Part shown: positions 1 to 10,042 of the stretch, in pieces
Numbering within the stretch: the first letter of the stretch is position 1
How the letters are laid out: each line of letters begins with the position of its first letter
IMG/VR virus record: IMGVR_UViG_3300044935_000065
DNA length: 64,000 nucleotides
Source: a virus
Lineage: Duplodnaviria > Caudoviricetes
Strand: one strand, 5' to 3'
Program-made: the position numbers and the translations under genes
Notes under the pieces: generated by a model
Database searches by the model: none
The model's input: the letters and a program-made list of their open reading frames with translations, nothing else
Told to the model about the DNA's origin: nothing

Positions 1-620
1 TAACGCCCCGTTTCAAGTCGCGGATTTGGCATTTCCTTTGCGTCACCGACAAGAATGTAGAAATCGATCTCATCACGTGTGGACATGAAAGACATATCTT
101 CTCCGTGGGCGCGTTTCCAGACGTTACCGCGCTCAACAAGCGTGAGAGAGCTTTCACGGCGATAGGTAACACCATTTCCGTCTAGACCGCATGCATAAAT
201 GGACATCGGCGTTACACCATCGTTGCAGAACTCGCCGATTTGATCGTACCAAATGTGCTGAATCTTGACGATTTCGCCTTCTTCGTCTTTTACGGTGTCC
301 ATTTCCCAGAATTTGGTATCCGGTAAATCACCAAGGCGTCGATTTTCTTTTGGCCTGCGGGCCATCATTTCAGAGATGCCATCAATCGCAGATAAGTTAC
401 CTGTCGACATCTGAGTGCGTTGGCCTTTTGCATTTTCCACAACTACATATTGGTCGTTTTCATAGACGCCGCCTTTGTCGAAAGAGCATGTTCGACCATA
501 GTGGATCGTGGAATATGAAATAACCCTGACTGATTGGCCATCAGCAAAAGCGTCATTTAGAGACCCTTTGTTTCCAGTAGAAATTTTAACATGTGTGTTT
601 ACGACTGGAATTTCAACCAT
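1..620 (-). CDS. Hypothetical protein, runs off the left window edge
   Basis: Open frame read manually from ATG at 620 (MVEIPVVNTHVKIS...) to the edge without a stop; not in the ORF track because it is truncated. Confidence 0.7.
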   Translation of the reverse strand, partial: MVEIPVVNTHVKISTGNKGSLNDAFADGQSVRVISYSTIHYGRTCSFDKGGVYENDQYVVVENAKGQRTQMSTGNLSAIDGISEMMARRPKENRRLGDLPDTKFWEMDTVKDEEGEIVKIQHIWYDQIGEFCNDGVTPMSIYACGLDGNGVTYRRESSLTLVERGNVWKRAHGEDMSFMSTRDEIDFYILVGDAKEMPNPRLETGR

Positions 621-696
621 GATTGGGTCCTCGGTAATGTTATTCGCTTACTATGTGAGCATAGGCTGAATTTAACAAAAAATAAAATAAACAGGC

Positions 697-727
697 AAAA
701 GCAGGAGCATTTCTACTCCTGCTTTTT
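697..727. terminator. Intrinsic terminator hairpin (bidirectional type)
   Basis: AAAAGCAGGAG-catttcta-CTCCTGCTTTT perfect stem with A/T tails, just downstream of the 732..1064 gene. Confidence 0.75.
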
Positions 728-731
728 GAAT

Positions 732-1064
732 TTACGACGCCTTCGGACGGGTAAACATCACAAAGAGACCTAAGATAATGTCTCCGATAACCCAGATACC
801 CAGGATCAGCATCACACCGATACTTGTGCCAATAGCGGCACCAGTTTGTTCTGCGCTATTCAGCTTATCGTATCCATCCGTGGCTGCCATGAAACCACCG
901 ATGAGCCACCAAGCCATCAGAAGGTTAAAGAGAATGAAGCCCCACTTGAAGATTTTCCCCATGAAGCCTCGTTTCAGTTTCTTCAACTGAACACCGCATT
1001 TTGGGCATTTGAATGCTGAATCACTAATGGATTCCTGACACTCGGGACAACTGATCATAGCCAT
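732..1064 (-). CDS. Zinc-ribbon membrane protein
   Basis: N-terminal CPEC...CPKCG, then two hydrophobic TM segments; GGAG RBS upstream. Confidence 0.8.
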   Translation of the reverse strand: MAMISCPECQESISDSAFKCPKCGVQLKKLKRGFMGKIFKWGFILFNLLMAWWLIGGFMAATDGYDKLNSAEQTGAAIGTSIGVMLILGIWVIGDIILGLFVMFTRPKAS

Positions 1065-1076
1065 ATTACACTCTCC

Positions 1077-1796
1077 TTAGCGTAGTGAGACATCTTTGAA
1101 ATGGAAAAGGAATTCGGGTTCAGTCATAGAACCTCTAAGCGTCACACTGGTCTCTCTGATGCCATCAGTGTCAGACGGCGAAAAGCTACCAGAGAACGAA
1201 ACACTGTCTCCGACTGACATCGACGATAACGCGTTAAAAAGCGTGGACCCCTTGGTGATTAAGGTGCTGTCGCTCAAATCGGAAAACGAATTGTTCCAAG
1301 TTTTGATGATGGTTTTATCGGCAATCCGGATGCCAAGGATGGCGTCGCCTTTGCTCGTTGTCTCAAGGTGGGAAATCGTTCCCGTCCAACCGCTAACAGC
1401 TTTGCCGGACTTGAGAGCATACAAGATTGATTTCTTCCGTTCATCGCGCAACATGGATTGCTGAAGTTCGTTCTTTGTGTTCCTGAAGGCGTTAATATAG
1501 CCAGAAACAGTTTTAATGAACTCAGCTTGATCCGTTGGAATGACTTCAGCCACGTTAACGTTAGTTGAAATCGGTGCTTCAGCAACACGTGCCTCGGTGG
1601 TCTTATCGTTATTGGACCCAATAAGCCAAAGCATCCCAATTACTGCGGCAAATCCAACACCTATTCTGAAAGGTGTAATACGACGGCGAGACTTTCCACA
1701 GTGTGGACATGTCTTTGCAGAAACTGGAATTTGCTTTTGGCACCCTTTACATGCAACCCAAAGATTTACCGTTGTCAACCTGCACCCCCATGACAA
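1077..1796 (-). CDS. Zinc-ribbon, single-TM protein with a C-terminal extracytoplasmic domain
   Basis: CKGC...CPHCG, basic stretch, TM helix, soluble C-domain; start codon uncertain. Confidence 0.7.
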   Translation of the reverse strand: MSWGCRLTTVNLWVACKGCQKQIPVSAKTCPHCGKSRRRITPFRIGVGFAAVIGMLWLIGSNNDKTTEARVAEAPISTNVNVAEVIPTDQAEFIKTVSGYINAFRNTKNELQQSMLRDERKKSILYALKSGKAVSGWTGTISHLETTSKGDAILGIRIADKTIIKTWNNSFSDLSDSTLITKGSTLFNALSSMSVGDSVSFSGSFSPSDTDGIRETSVTLRGSMTEPEFLFHFKDVSLR

Positions 1797-1980
1797 GAAA
1801 CCGCTATATGCGCCAGTGCTGAAAAATTGTCAATAGGTTCGACTAATAGTTAAATGAACGGGTTTGATCTGATAATTAAATACGCAGAAAAGCTCGCTAG
1901 ATGATTTGCTAAATAAAAATATCTGTCTGATAATTCGAAATGAATGAAAGGTCGCTATTAAAAGGGTAGAGGATTAAACA

Positions 1981-2397
1981 ATGGGTGAAGCAAAGCGTCG
2001 TAAAGATTTAAACCTGCCTCCAAAAACGCTTAAATTGTTAGATGAAGACAAGACCGCTCTGGCCGATAAATATGGTTCGACAAAACTGGCATTTTTGGAA
2101 TGGCCTGCCCCCTTCCCTGATGGAAATCCATATAATCATGAATCAGCTGTTCGTATTGAAAAAGATTTAAAGCCTGGTAGCTGGGCCATTTCTCGAAGCT
2201 CACCAACTGACCTGGCATGTTTGGTCGCCAGACAGAAAGAGTATGCTGTGCCGCGCTACAATGTTGATCCCAAAGTTTTCGATCAGATGGATGAGCTGCT
2301 AACTGCGAACCCTGAAATGCTAGTTTTACGACGTCTTGATGGATTGCTAACATTGGTGAAGGTTAGAACGGATGTCGACAATATTCTGAGGCGATAA
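1981..2397 (+). CDS. Hypothetical protein (MGEAKRRK N-terminal motif)
   Basis: 138-aa ORF with GGAGG RBS. Confidence 0.7.
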   Translation: MGEAKRRKDLNLPPKTLKLLDEDKTALADKYGSTKLAFLEWPAPFPDGNPYNHESAVRIEKDLKPGSWAISRSSPTDLACLVARQKEYAVPRYNVDPKVFDQMDELLTANPEMLVLRRLDGLLTLVKVRTDVDNILRR

Positions 2398-2515
2398 GGC
2401 GTTTGAAGCATATGCATCGTCAAGTGTATAAACACAAAGAACGTCAGAGTGTGAACTTGAGAAAAATAAAGCGATTGCCGTTGTTCTAAATTAATAGATT
2501 AATCGGAGGTGTAAT

Positions 2516-2698
2516 ATGAAACATGGACCGCTGATGATTATCGGTGCTGTTATCGGCATTGTGATTGTGGCAACACAAAATTTTTCATCACTAGGGTTAG
2601 TTTTGTTTATGTCAGGCGCTCTTTTTGGAAAAGGCGACGGCGTCTGGGAAACGTTGCAGTCAAAGTCCGATGAGCGTATAGAAAAGAAAATAGTCTGA
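2516..2698 (+). CDS. Small membrane protein
   Basis: 60 aa, two hydrophobic segments, GGAGG RBS. Confidence 0.6.
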   Translation: MKHGPLMIIGAVIGIVIVATQNFSSLGLVLFMSGALFGKGDGVWETLQSKSDERIEKKIV

Positions 2699-2714
2699 GA
2701 ATTGGTGACATCGG

Positions 2715-2993
2715 ATGCAAAAATCAGTCAAGGAAACAATCGAACAGGCAAAAAAGATCGGGTTGATCGACGATAGCAATCAACAAAGAGTAATTGTTGA
2801 TGTCGACAAACGGCTGCTGGATACCGTCATGGTAAAGTACGGCGTAGATAATGCTTCAGAGATTATTGGATTTGCTCTCTTGAAGTGCCTTGTCGATGTT
2901 TTCGAAAAAGAGGCTGATGACAATTTCCTCAAAGTTTTTAATGAGATCGAAGGCACCGTTGATAAAGACATCAAACTTGGATTTGAGGATTGA
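2715..2993 (+). CDS. Putative antitoxin-like/RHH-type small protein with no adjacent PIN toxin
   Basis: RVIVDVDKRLL...SEIIGFAL...DDNF...GTVDKDIKLGF resembles alphaproteobacterial VapB-like antitoxins (recognition from memory). Confidence 0.45.
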   Translation: MQKSVKETIEQAKKIGLIDDSNQQRVIVDVDKRLLDTVMVKYGVDNASEIIGFALLKCLVDVFEKEADDNFLKVFNEIEGTVDKDIKLGFED

Positions 2994-3048
2994 ACTGGAT
3001 CAACGGCGGTAGTCCATTGCAAAGATAAACCTTATCGTTTTTCTGAAG

Positions 3049-6000
3049 TTGAATTTTGGAAATGACGATATGATCTCTCAGAAAGACAAAACTCTATTTA
3101 AAACCCATGTGTTGAAAAACCGTGAAATCCGTACTTATGACGATATTCATGATGCAATTGCAAACGTTTCGAGCGGTGAAAATCCAGGAACGGCAGTTGT
3201 CAATGCAATCAAGGGCGCTGTACTGGGTGGCCGATCAAAACAAGATAAAGACGACAAAGCGCTAAATAAGTTAAAAGGAGATCTGTTCGAAACGTTTGTT
3301 CACGGGATGATCATGACTGATCCAACCTTGAGAGTGGTCTATGCGTTCAAGCCTGGGGATAATGGTGTTATAGATGAAAATCGTCGTTATGCTATTGAGA
3401 AATTAGGCCTTCAGGATAAAGATCAAGACAACGGCATTGATCTTGTATTTATTGACAATATCGGACGTATATTCACTGTTCAGGACAAATATGTAACCAA
3501 TACGAATGCGTCAATTACATATAAAGCCGTGACTACGTTTTATGATCAGTCCAAAGCTGCAGATGGTCAGGTTTTGGTTACATCTGGCGCTCGTATAGAT
3601 GCGGAAAACAAAGGCCCGGAATTAAAAGGGTCGAACCGTATCAAGATAGTCTATGACGATCTTATTAGCCTGTCGGAAGATCGCATTCAGCAGATCATTG
3701 ATTACATCAATAAAAATTCATATGAGAAACGAAAAAAGAAAAATCCGAGGCCGGATCAGAACCGTGCACTTAAGAATATTAAAAGCGGGTTCTCCAAAGG
3801 TGATCGCATTCAGTATATCTCTGCATGTGGAACGGGTAAGACCTTTGTGTCGTCGCGGTTTACAAGCGATGTTTATAAAAAAGGTGGAGATGTCGTCGTT
3901 TTTGTGCCCAGTCTGAACCTGATGAAACAGACAATTGAATCCTGGGCTGACGAATTCGCAGATCGAGAGAACTACTCATTTCAAGCGATCTGTTCGGATA
4001 ACACCGTTACAGGCGATGTACCACGGATTGGTGAGGAAAACGCTGATTTAACGGTCGAAGATTTGAAGTGCTTTACGACGACCGATGTCGATACGATTAA
4101 AAACTATCTCAATCGTCCTCGGAAAAAGGATGAATTGAAGGTCACATTCTGTACTTATCAGTCGTCGCCTGTTTTAAGCGAAGCCATTAAAGACACAACA
4201 TTCAAAGCCTTCAATCTCGGCATTCTGGACGAAGCACACCGAACAGCTGTGCAGGGAGAGAGAAAGGCTGTCGATGAGAGTGCGTTCACCTACCCTCTTA
4301 ATGACGACAGAATTCCCATTCTGCAGCGCATGTCTATGACTGCGACGCCAAGGGTTATGAACATCAAAAAGAACAACGATGAGGACGACAGTTATGCGTA
4401 TTCAATGGATAACGAGGAGACTTATGGTCACGTTGCTCATGAATATAAATTCGCAGAAGCTGTAAAAGACGAGGTCATTGTTCCCTTTAAAATCGTCATT
4501 GCGGCTATGTTTAAAGACGAAGCTGATCATTACAATAATGCTCTTGTTCAGGCAGGTAAGTTGGAGCTTAACCGAGATGATGCAGCGGCAGCCTTAGCTG
4601 TGAAAAAGGTCATTGAAGAAACTGGCGCTCGGAACGTTGTGACCTATCAAACGACAACAAATTCTGCGCAAAGATTATCTAATATCATGAACGAGGTCAT
4701 GCCGGACAATTGGAACGTGAATTTCGTTAGCGGTAAGATGTCTGCAAAAGAACGTGCGCAGAAGGTGTCTATTCTTGGGCAGAGGAATCCGGCCATCATT
4801 ACTAATGCCAAGGTTATGACGGAAGGCGTCGACGTTCCTGATATTGATATGGTTGCGTTTGTCGATAATCGTGAAAGTGGCATCGATATTGTTCAGGCGG
4901 TTGGTCGTGTCACACGAAAATCAGCAAATAAAGAAACTGGCTATGTCGTTCTTCCGGTTGTGATGGATCGAAAGCCAGGTCAGACGCTTGAAGAAGTTGC
5001 CGAGAGTGCAGAATATTCCACACTTTATCGCGTCATCAATGCCCTTGCGGCAGAAGATGAAGATTTGATGGCTGTCATCAATGAGATGGCTTCCGCCCGC
5101 GGGTCTGGAGATGAGGAACGTATTAAAGCGGCGAGAGAAGATTTAAGCAGACGTATTATTCATACAGGCGCAAATGAACAACAAAATCCTAAGTATCTTG
5201 TCCTGTCTGAAACCATCGAAAGAATTATTGAGACAAAAATTGTCAATAAGCTGGCATCGTTTAGAACGCGTGTCGCTGAACTGAATAAGTATCTCGATGA
5301 GAATGGCGGGGAGTATCCTAAGAAGGGAGATAAAGAAGCTGAGTTCTCTGATGGTTCGTCTATGGGAATTTGGGTCAACACACAGAGAGTAGCTTATAAT
5401 GCAGGAAAAATGCCGCAGTCCAGAATAGACCTCTTAAATAGCATCGGGTTTAAATGGGTAGACGGAATGACTTTTGAAGAAAAAGTACAAGAACTCTATC
5501 AATATCTGAATGATAATGGCGGTAAGTATCCTGCAGCTGCGAATAAAGATGTTCTGTTTTCCGATGGAAAGCCTATGGGATCGTGGGTTAATACACAGAG
5601 ACAAGATTGTAAAACAGGGAAAATGCCGCAGTCTAGAATAGACCTCCTAAATAGCATCGGGTTTAAATGGGTTGATAAAGAATACAATTTGACTTTTGAA
5701 CAGAAAGTACAAGAATTTGATCAATATCTAAAAGACAATGGCGGCGTGTATCCTAAGTGGGGAGATAAAGACATTGCGTTCTCCGATGGGAAACCTATGG
5801 GAAGATGGGTCGGCACACTGAGATACGACCGTAAAGAAAATACATTATCGCAGGAAAAAATAGACCTCCTAAATAGCATCGGGTTTGAGTGGGGGACCAT
5901 TTCATTTGAACACAAGGTACAAGAATTTGATCAATATCTAAAAGATAATGGCGGAAGGTATCCTAAGTGGGATGATAAAGACAGTACGTTCTCCAATGGA

Positions 6001-6831
6001 ACGTCTATGGGAGCGTGGATCAGTCAACAGAGAACAGCTTATAATTCAAATAAAATGCCGCAGGCAAGAATAGACCTCCTAAATAGTATCAGGTTTAAAT
6101 GGGTATACGGAATGACTTTTGAAGAAAAAGTACAAAAACTATATCAATATTTAAAAGAGAATGGCGGGGTGTATCCTAAGAATAGGGATAAAGACACTAC
6201 GTTTTTCGATGGCAGTTTTATGGGATCGTGGGTTAGTCAACAAAGAACAGCTTATAATGCAGGGAAAATGTCGCAGGCCAGGATAGATCTGCTAGATAGC
6301 ATCGGGTTTGAGTGGGGGGCCATCTCATTTGAACAAAAGGTACAAGAATTTGATCAGTATCTAAATGATAATGGCAGTGTGCATCCTAAGTCGAATGATA
6401 AAGTCAATACGTTCTCAGATGGTTCGTCTATGGGATCGTGGGTCAATGCACAGAGAACAGCTTATAATGCAGATAAAATGCCGCAGGACAGAATAAAACT
6501 CCTAAATAGCATCGGGTTTAAATGGGAGTACGGAATGACTTTTGAAGAAAAAGTACAAGAATTTGATCAATATCTAAAAGATAATGGCGGTGAGTATCCT
6601 AAGCGGGGAGATAAAGACATTGCGTTCTCCGATGGTTCGTCTATGGGATCGTGGGTAGGCACTCAGAGAGTCGCTTATAATGCAAAGAAACTGCCGCAGT
6701 CCAGGATAGACCTGCTAGACAGCATCGGGTTTGAATGGGAACCCCAAAAAGGTCCAAAACCGAAATCAACCCCTGCTCCTAGAACACCAGATAATGATGA
6801 AGATGATAATCGTCCTTCGATGAGTATGTAG
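3049..6831 (+). CDS. Restriction-endonuclease-like (PD-(D/E)XK, Mrr-type) domain + SF2 DEAH helicase + 7 helicase-associated (HA) repeats
   Basis: GDLFE...DNGIDLV...VQDK nuclease motif; ACGTGKT, LDEAH, TATPR, EGVDVPDID, QAVGRVTR helicase motifs; seven ~70-aa F..KVQE...YP...G.WV..QR......RIDLL.SIGF.W repeats; likely ATG start at 3070. Confidence 0.9.
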   Translation: MNFGNDDMISQKDKTLFKTHVLKNREIRTYDDIHDAIANVSSGENPGTAVVNAIKGAVLGGRSKQDKDDKALNKLKGDLFETFVHGMIMTDPTLRVVYAFKPGDNGVIDENRRYAIEKLGLQDKDQDNGIDLVFIDNIGRIFTVQDKYVTNTNASITYKAVTTFYDQSKAADGQVLVTSGARIDAENKGPELKGSNRIKIVYDDLISLSEDRIQQIIDYINKNSYEKRKKKNPRPDQNRALKNIKSGFSKGDRIQYISACGTGKTFVSSRFTSDVYKKGGDVVVFVPSLNLMKQTIESWADEFADRENYSFQAICSDNTVTGDVPRIGEENADLTVEDLKCFTTTDVDTIKNYLNRPRKKDELKVTFCTYQSSPVLSEAIKDTTFKAFNLGILDEAHRTAVQGERKAVDESAFTYPLNDDRIPILQRMSMTATPRVMNIKKNNDEDDSYAYSMDNEETYGHVAHEYKFAEAVKDEVIVPFKIVIAAMFKDEADHYNNALVQAGKLELNRDDAAAALAVKKVIEETGARNVVTYQTTTNSAQRLSNIMNEVMPDNWNVNFVSGKMSAKERAQKVSILGQRNPAIITNAKVMTEGVDVPDIDMVAFVDNRESGIDIVQAVGRVTRKSANKETGYVVLPVVMDRKPGQTLEEVAESAEYSTLYRVINALAAEDEDLMAVINEMASARGSGDEERIKAAREDLSRRIIHTGANEQQNPKYLVLSETIERIIETKIVNKLASFRTRVAELNKYLDENGGEYPKKGDKEAEFSDGSSMGIWVNTQRVAYNAGKMPQSRIDLLNSIGFKWVDGMTFEEKVQELYQYLNDNGGKYPAAANKDVLFSDGKPMGSWVNTQRQDCKTGKMPQSRIDLLNSIGFKWVDKEYNLTFEQKVQEFDQYLKDNGGVYPKWGDKDIAFSDGKPMGRWVGTLRYDRKENTLSQEKIDLLNSIGFEWGTISFEHKVQEFDQYLKDNGGRYPKWDDKDSTFSNGTSMGAWISQQRTAYNSNKMPQARIDLLNSIRFKWVYGMTFEEKVQKLYQYLKENGGVYPKNRDKDTTFFDGSFMGSWVSQQRTAYNAGKMSQARIDLLDSIGFEWGAISFEQKVQEFDQYLNDNGSVHPKSNDKVNTFSDGSSMGSWVNAQRTAYNADKMPQDRIKLLNSIGFKWEYGMTFEEKVQEFDQYLKDNGGEYPKRGDKDIAFSDGSSMGSWVGTQRVAYNAKKLPQSRIDLLDSIGFEWEPQKGPKPKSTPAPRTPDNDEDDNRPSMSM
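5254..6738 (+). repeat. Seven tandem ~210-bp intragenic repeats encoding HA domains
   Basis: Recurring DNA blocks such as atagacctcctaaatagcatcgggttt and gtacaagaatttgatcaatatcta. Confidence 0.95.
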
Positions 6832-6871
6832 GCGTATTTCAAATTATCGATTTTGACCACTTGCTAAATGA

Positions 6872-6886
6872 GAACAAACCGTGTAC
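6872..6886 (+). promoter_or_regulatory. Alphaproteobacterial LexA (SOS) box upstream of recA
   Basis: GAAC-aaaccgt-GTAC = GAAC-N7-GTAC, the known Rhizobium/Agrobacterium recA operator form, 33 bp before the ATG. Confidence 0.85.
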
Positions 6887-6919
6887 AAGCGCCGTCAATC
6901 GAACAGAAAGGCGGCGACC

Positions 6920-8011
6920 ATGGCAAAGGCATCCCTCAAGCTTGTAGAAGGCAATACTACAGATAAAGAGAAGGCGCTGGATTCAGCGCTGTCTCAGATC
7001 GAACGTGCATTCGGCAAGGGTTCAATCATGAAACTCGGTGCCAATGATCAGGTTGTGGAAGTCAAGACTATCTCGACTGGCTCCCTGTCACTAGACATCG
7101 CGCTGGGTATTGGTGGGCTTCCAAGAGGGCGTATTGTCGAAATCTATGGGCCTGAAAGTTCCGGTAAGACTACCCTCGCCCTCCATACTATCGCTGAAGC
7201 CCAAAAGTCAGGTGGCATCTGTGCATTTGTCGATGCCGAACATGCGCTTGATCCTGTTTACGCACGCAAGCTCGGTGTCGATCTTGATAACTTGCTGATC
7301 TCGCAGCCGGATACTGGAGAGCAGGCTCTTGAGATTACGGAAACCCTTGTTCGCTCAGGAGCAGTTGACGTCCTCATCGTGGATTCTGTGGCAGCCCTTA
7401 CACCTCGTGCAGAAATCGAAGGTGAAATGGGGGCATCGTTGCCAGGGTTACAAGCCCGTTTGATGTCTCAGGCCTTGCGCAAATTGACGGCGACAATTTC
7501 ACGGTCGAATACGCTCGTGATCTTCATCAATCAGATCCGCATGAAAATCGGTGTAATGTTTGGTTCTCCGGAAACCACGACTGGCGGGAATGCTCTCAAG
7601 TTCTACGCTTCTGTCCGTCTCGATATTCGCCGTATCGGTTCCATCAAGGAACGTGATGAAGTCATTGGTAATCAGACCCGTGTGAAGGTAGTCAAGAATA
7701 AGATGGCTCCTCCCTTCAAGCAGGTTGAATTCGACATTATGTATGGTGAAGGCGTTTCGAGAACTGGAGAAATCGTTGATCTTGGTGGGAAGGCCAACGT
7801 CGTTGAAAAGTCTGGAGCCTGGTTCTCGTACAATTCAGTGCGTCTTGGTCAGGGACGTGAGAATGCCAAACAGTTCCTGAAAGAGAACCCTGAGATTTGC
7901 GATGAAATCGCGGAAAAGCTGCGGGCTGATGCAGGGCTTATTGCAGATCAGTTGCTTGATAATAGTGGTCCTGATGCAGATGATGGAGATACATACGGCA
8001 TTGAGGATTGA
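6920..8011 (+). CDS. recA: Recombinase A, alphaproteobacterial type
   Basis: GPESSGKTT Walker [37 protein letters not shown] signature; ATG at 6920. Confidence 0.98.
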   Translation: MAKASLKLVEGNTTDKEKALDSALSQIERAFGKGSIMKLGANDQVVEVKTISTGSLSLDIALGIGGLPRGRIVEIYGPESSGKTTLALHTIAEAQKSGGICAFVDAEHALDPVYARKLGVDLDNLLISQPDTGEQALEITETLVRSGAVDVLIVDSVAALTPRAEIEGEMGASLPGLQARLMSQALRKLTATISRSNTLVIFINQIRMKIGVMFGSPETTTGGNALKFYASVRLDIRRIGSIKERDEVIGNQTRVKVVKNKMAPPFKQVEFDIMYGEGVSRTGEIVDLGGKANVVEKSGAWFSYNSVRLGQGRENAKQFLKENPEICDEIAEKLRADAGLIADQLLDNSGPDADDGDTYGIED

Positions 8012-8052
8012 GGCTCTTCCGCATTGGAGGTTGAAACATAGTTTTGACCTCA

Positions 8053-9912
8053 TTATGGAATTTTCATTTCAGGAATGACTTCCTGGCGTTTGGCCAGCCC
8101 TTGGCCGTTGCGACTAAGCTGGACGGTCTCGGCACGGCCGATTAATCCAGAAAGACCATGGCGCAGATAAGATGCACCACCACATTCCCGCCAGTGACGA
8201 CGGGTGAAGGGTCTGGAACGTTTACGCCCAGACAGACTTTGCTCTTCATGAGCCTTTTTCAGTTCCTTGTTCACCTCGTTCCATTCCGACCATACATGCT
8301 TTACAGGCCTGGCGGATGCCAGGCTTTCCTTCCTTGCAGGTAGAGCAAAGGTGCCATGTTCAGAATTGTTGAACGGGACAATGATTGTCCCATCAACCTG
8401 ACGAGGTAATCCCTCGGAAAGTTCCATAGCCCTGCGGGCAATGGAAACGGCGGCAGCCGTGTGGACGCTCAAGCCATAACGACGAGCAAACTTCACACGA
8501 CCGATCAATGAGGTGTAAGCGGGGTTAACCCGCTTATGTGCAACGCGGAAACGCGTACAGGCTGAAGCGAGTGCTGCGTCAAAACCACTATAGACAAGTG
8601 ATGACAGCATGCGGGCATAATTTGCTCCATCTTCTGCTTTTATGTCTCGCTTCTTACGCGAAAAGTCGAGCTTTTCGCTGATAATAGGCACATCATATTC
8701 CAAAGCAATGTCGACAATCTGTTTGGCGCATTTTCTGACTAAATCCTGAACCTGATCACTGCTCAGTCCATAGGTGTTAAGCGGCAATGTCCATGACCGG
8801 ACTGGATTACCGAAGCGGTCAATGAGAGACAGGGCAATATGATTGGCATTAAAATCAACGCCTAATGCCCCATAGTTATAATCAGGTTCGATCCATTCGA
8901 GCTTCTGATCTACCGTGACGCTCACCTTCCACGATGTTTCATCCTTGATGAACGAAACAGTCGCAGGCTGTTTGTTACTCAGAGCTTCCCGAATGACGTC
9001 AGAGCCGTGATTGAACGATAATGCTTTAAACCTGACAATATGAATTTTTCCATTAAACTTATGTTCTTGGGCCAGGTGCTTCAGCTTATCCGGCAAACGT
9101 AATTCCAGATCAAACAGACCATCATCCCTGATGCTCAGTTTTGCGAAGTCGTTGCCGCTTCCCACTGCGGCATTACCATCAAACTTGAACTGGCTGTTTC
9201 GCTTTTCTCTCCACGCTTCAAGCCATTCTCCATGGTTTTTGAAACCATTTTCATTGAGAAAGTATTGCTTTTTAAAGAGTTTCTTTGTTCCAAAGCAGAT
9301 CGATGGATTCGTAACGGCAAGCTCAGCTTCTGCCAATTTAAGACGCAGTATGCTTAAACGCCGCTTGTTCTGATGTACCGCATCTTTAAGTGTTTTACGC
9401 ACTGCCTTTAATTCACGAAGCTGATCGAGATAAGCGTAATATTCTTTGATTGAGCGTTTTAATTTATCTTCAATATGGACATGCCCATCATCGACCGCAT
9501 CTTTAAAACGCTTTACCCGTTCTTCCCAGAGGACTAGTTCGGCTGAAACCTTTTTCGCATTAATTTTATTGCGATTAATTGCCTTTTCTTTTTTGGCAAT
9601 ATCACTTTCTTTGGACTTAATTCTGTCCTTCAGGTCTTTGACGCGATCTTTCGCTAATTCCTTGATAGAAGAGAGCTTTGCCAATAACTGGCGATAGGCC
9701 ATGTTCAGATGAACAGAGCCGATACCAATTTCGCGGTAGAGTGTTTTATGTAAATCACCAGTCCAGACGCGGCCTGCTTTTAGCTTGGCATGAATAATGC
9801 GTTGAGCATAGTTCATCAAAGAACTATATTGATCCAACACGTTAAAGAGCGGAAGCAAATCATCCGCTCTTAAATCCAGACGTGTTTCAAATGTTCTGAT
9901 CAAATACCACAC
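8053..9912 (-). CDS. tnpB: IS200/IS605/IS607-family TnpB-related RuvC protein (C2c8/V-U2-like clade); no adjacent transposase
   Basis: RuvC-I GVDFNANH, RuvC-II IISEKLDF, VNPAYTSLIG, RuvC-III region YGLSVHTAAAVSIARR; long coiled-coil insertion; no CxxC zinc finger. Confidence 0.8.
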   Translation of the reverse strand: MWYLIRTFETRLDLRADDLLPLFNVLDQYSSLMNYAQRIIHAKLKAGRVWTGDLHKTLYREIGIGSVHLNMAYRQLLAKLSSIKELAKDRVKDLKDRIKSKESDIAKKEKAINRNKINAKKVSAELVLWEERVKRFKDAVDDGHVHIEDKLKRSIKEYYAYLDQLRELKAVRKTLKDAVHQNKRRLSILRLKLAEAELAVTNPSICFGTKKLFKKQYFLNENGFKNHGEWLEAWREKRNSQFKFDGNAAVGSGNDFAKLSIRDDGLFDLELRLPDKLKHLAQEHKFNGKIHIVRFKALSFNHGSDVIREALSNKQPATVSFIKDETSWKVSVTVDQKLEWIEPDYNYGALGVDFNANHIALSLIDRFGNPVRSWTLPLNTYGLSSDQVQDLVRKCAKQIVDIALEYDVPIISEKLDFSRKKRDIKAEDGANYARMLSSLVYSGFDAALASACTRFRVAHKRVNPAYTSLIGRVKFARRYGLSVHTAAAVSIARRAMELSEGLPRQVDGTIIVPFNNSEHGTFALPARKESLASARPVKHVWSEWNEVNKELKKAHEEQSLSGRKRSRPFTRRHWRECGGASYLRHGLSGLIGRAETVQLSRNGQGLAKRQEVIPEMKIP

Positions 9913-9994
9913 CTAATCCCATAATAGGTATTAATTCTTATCAAAATTTATGGACCAGTCAACCTCGAATGCAAGAGTGCCATATTTGATTTGG

Positions 9995-10027
9995 AAAGCG
10001 GGTTAGCATTGTTGGCCCGCTTTTTTC
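9995..10027. terminator. Intrinsic terminator hairpin between the TA operon and tnpB
   Basis: AAAGCGGG-ttagcattgttgg-CCCGCTTTTTTT. Confidence 0.7.
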
Positions 10028-10042
10028 ATGTGACCTATATGA

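Noticed and set aside
8053-9912. Cas12 effector for the CRISPR array
   Set aside because: 23 kb away, and the repeats are Cas6f/I-F type rather than type V; no evidence of linkage
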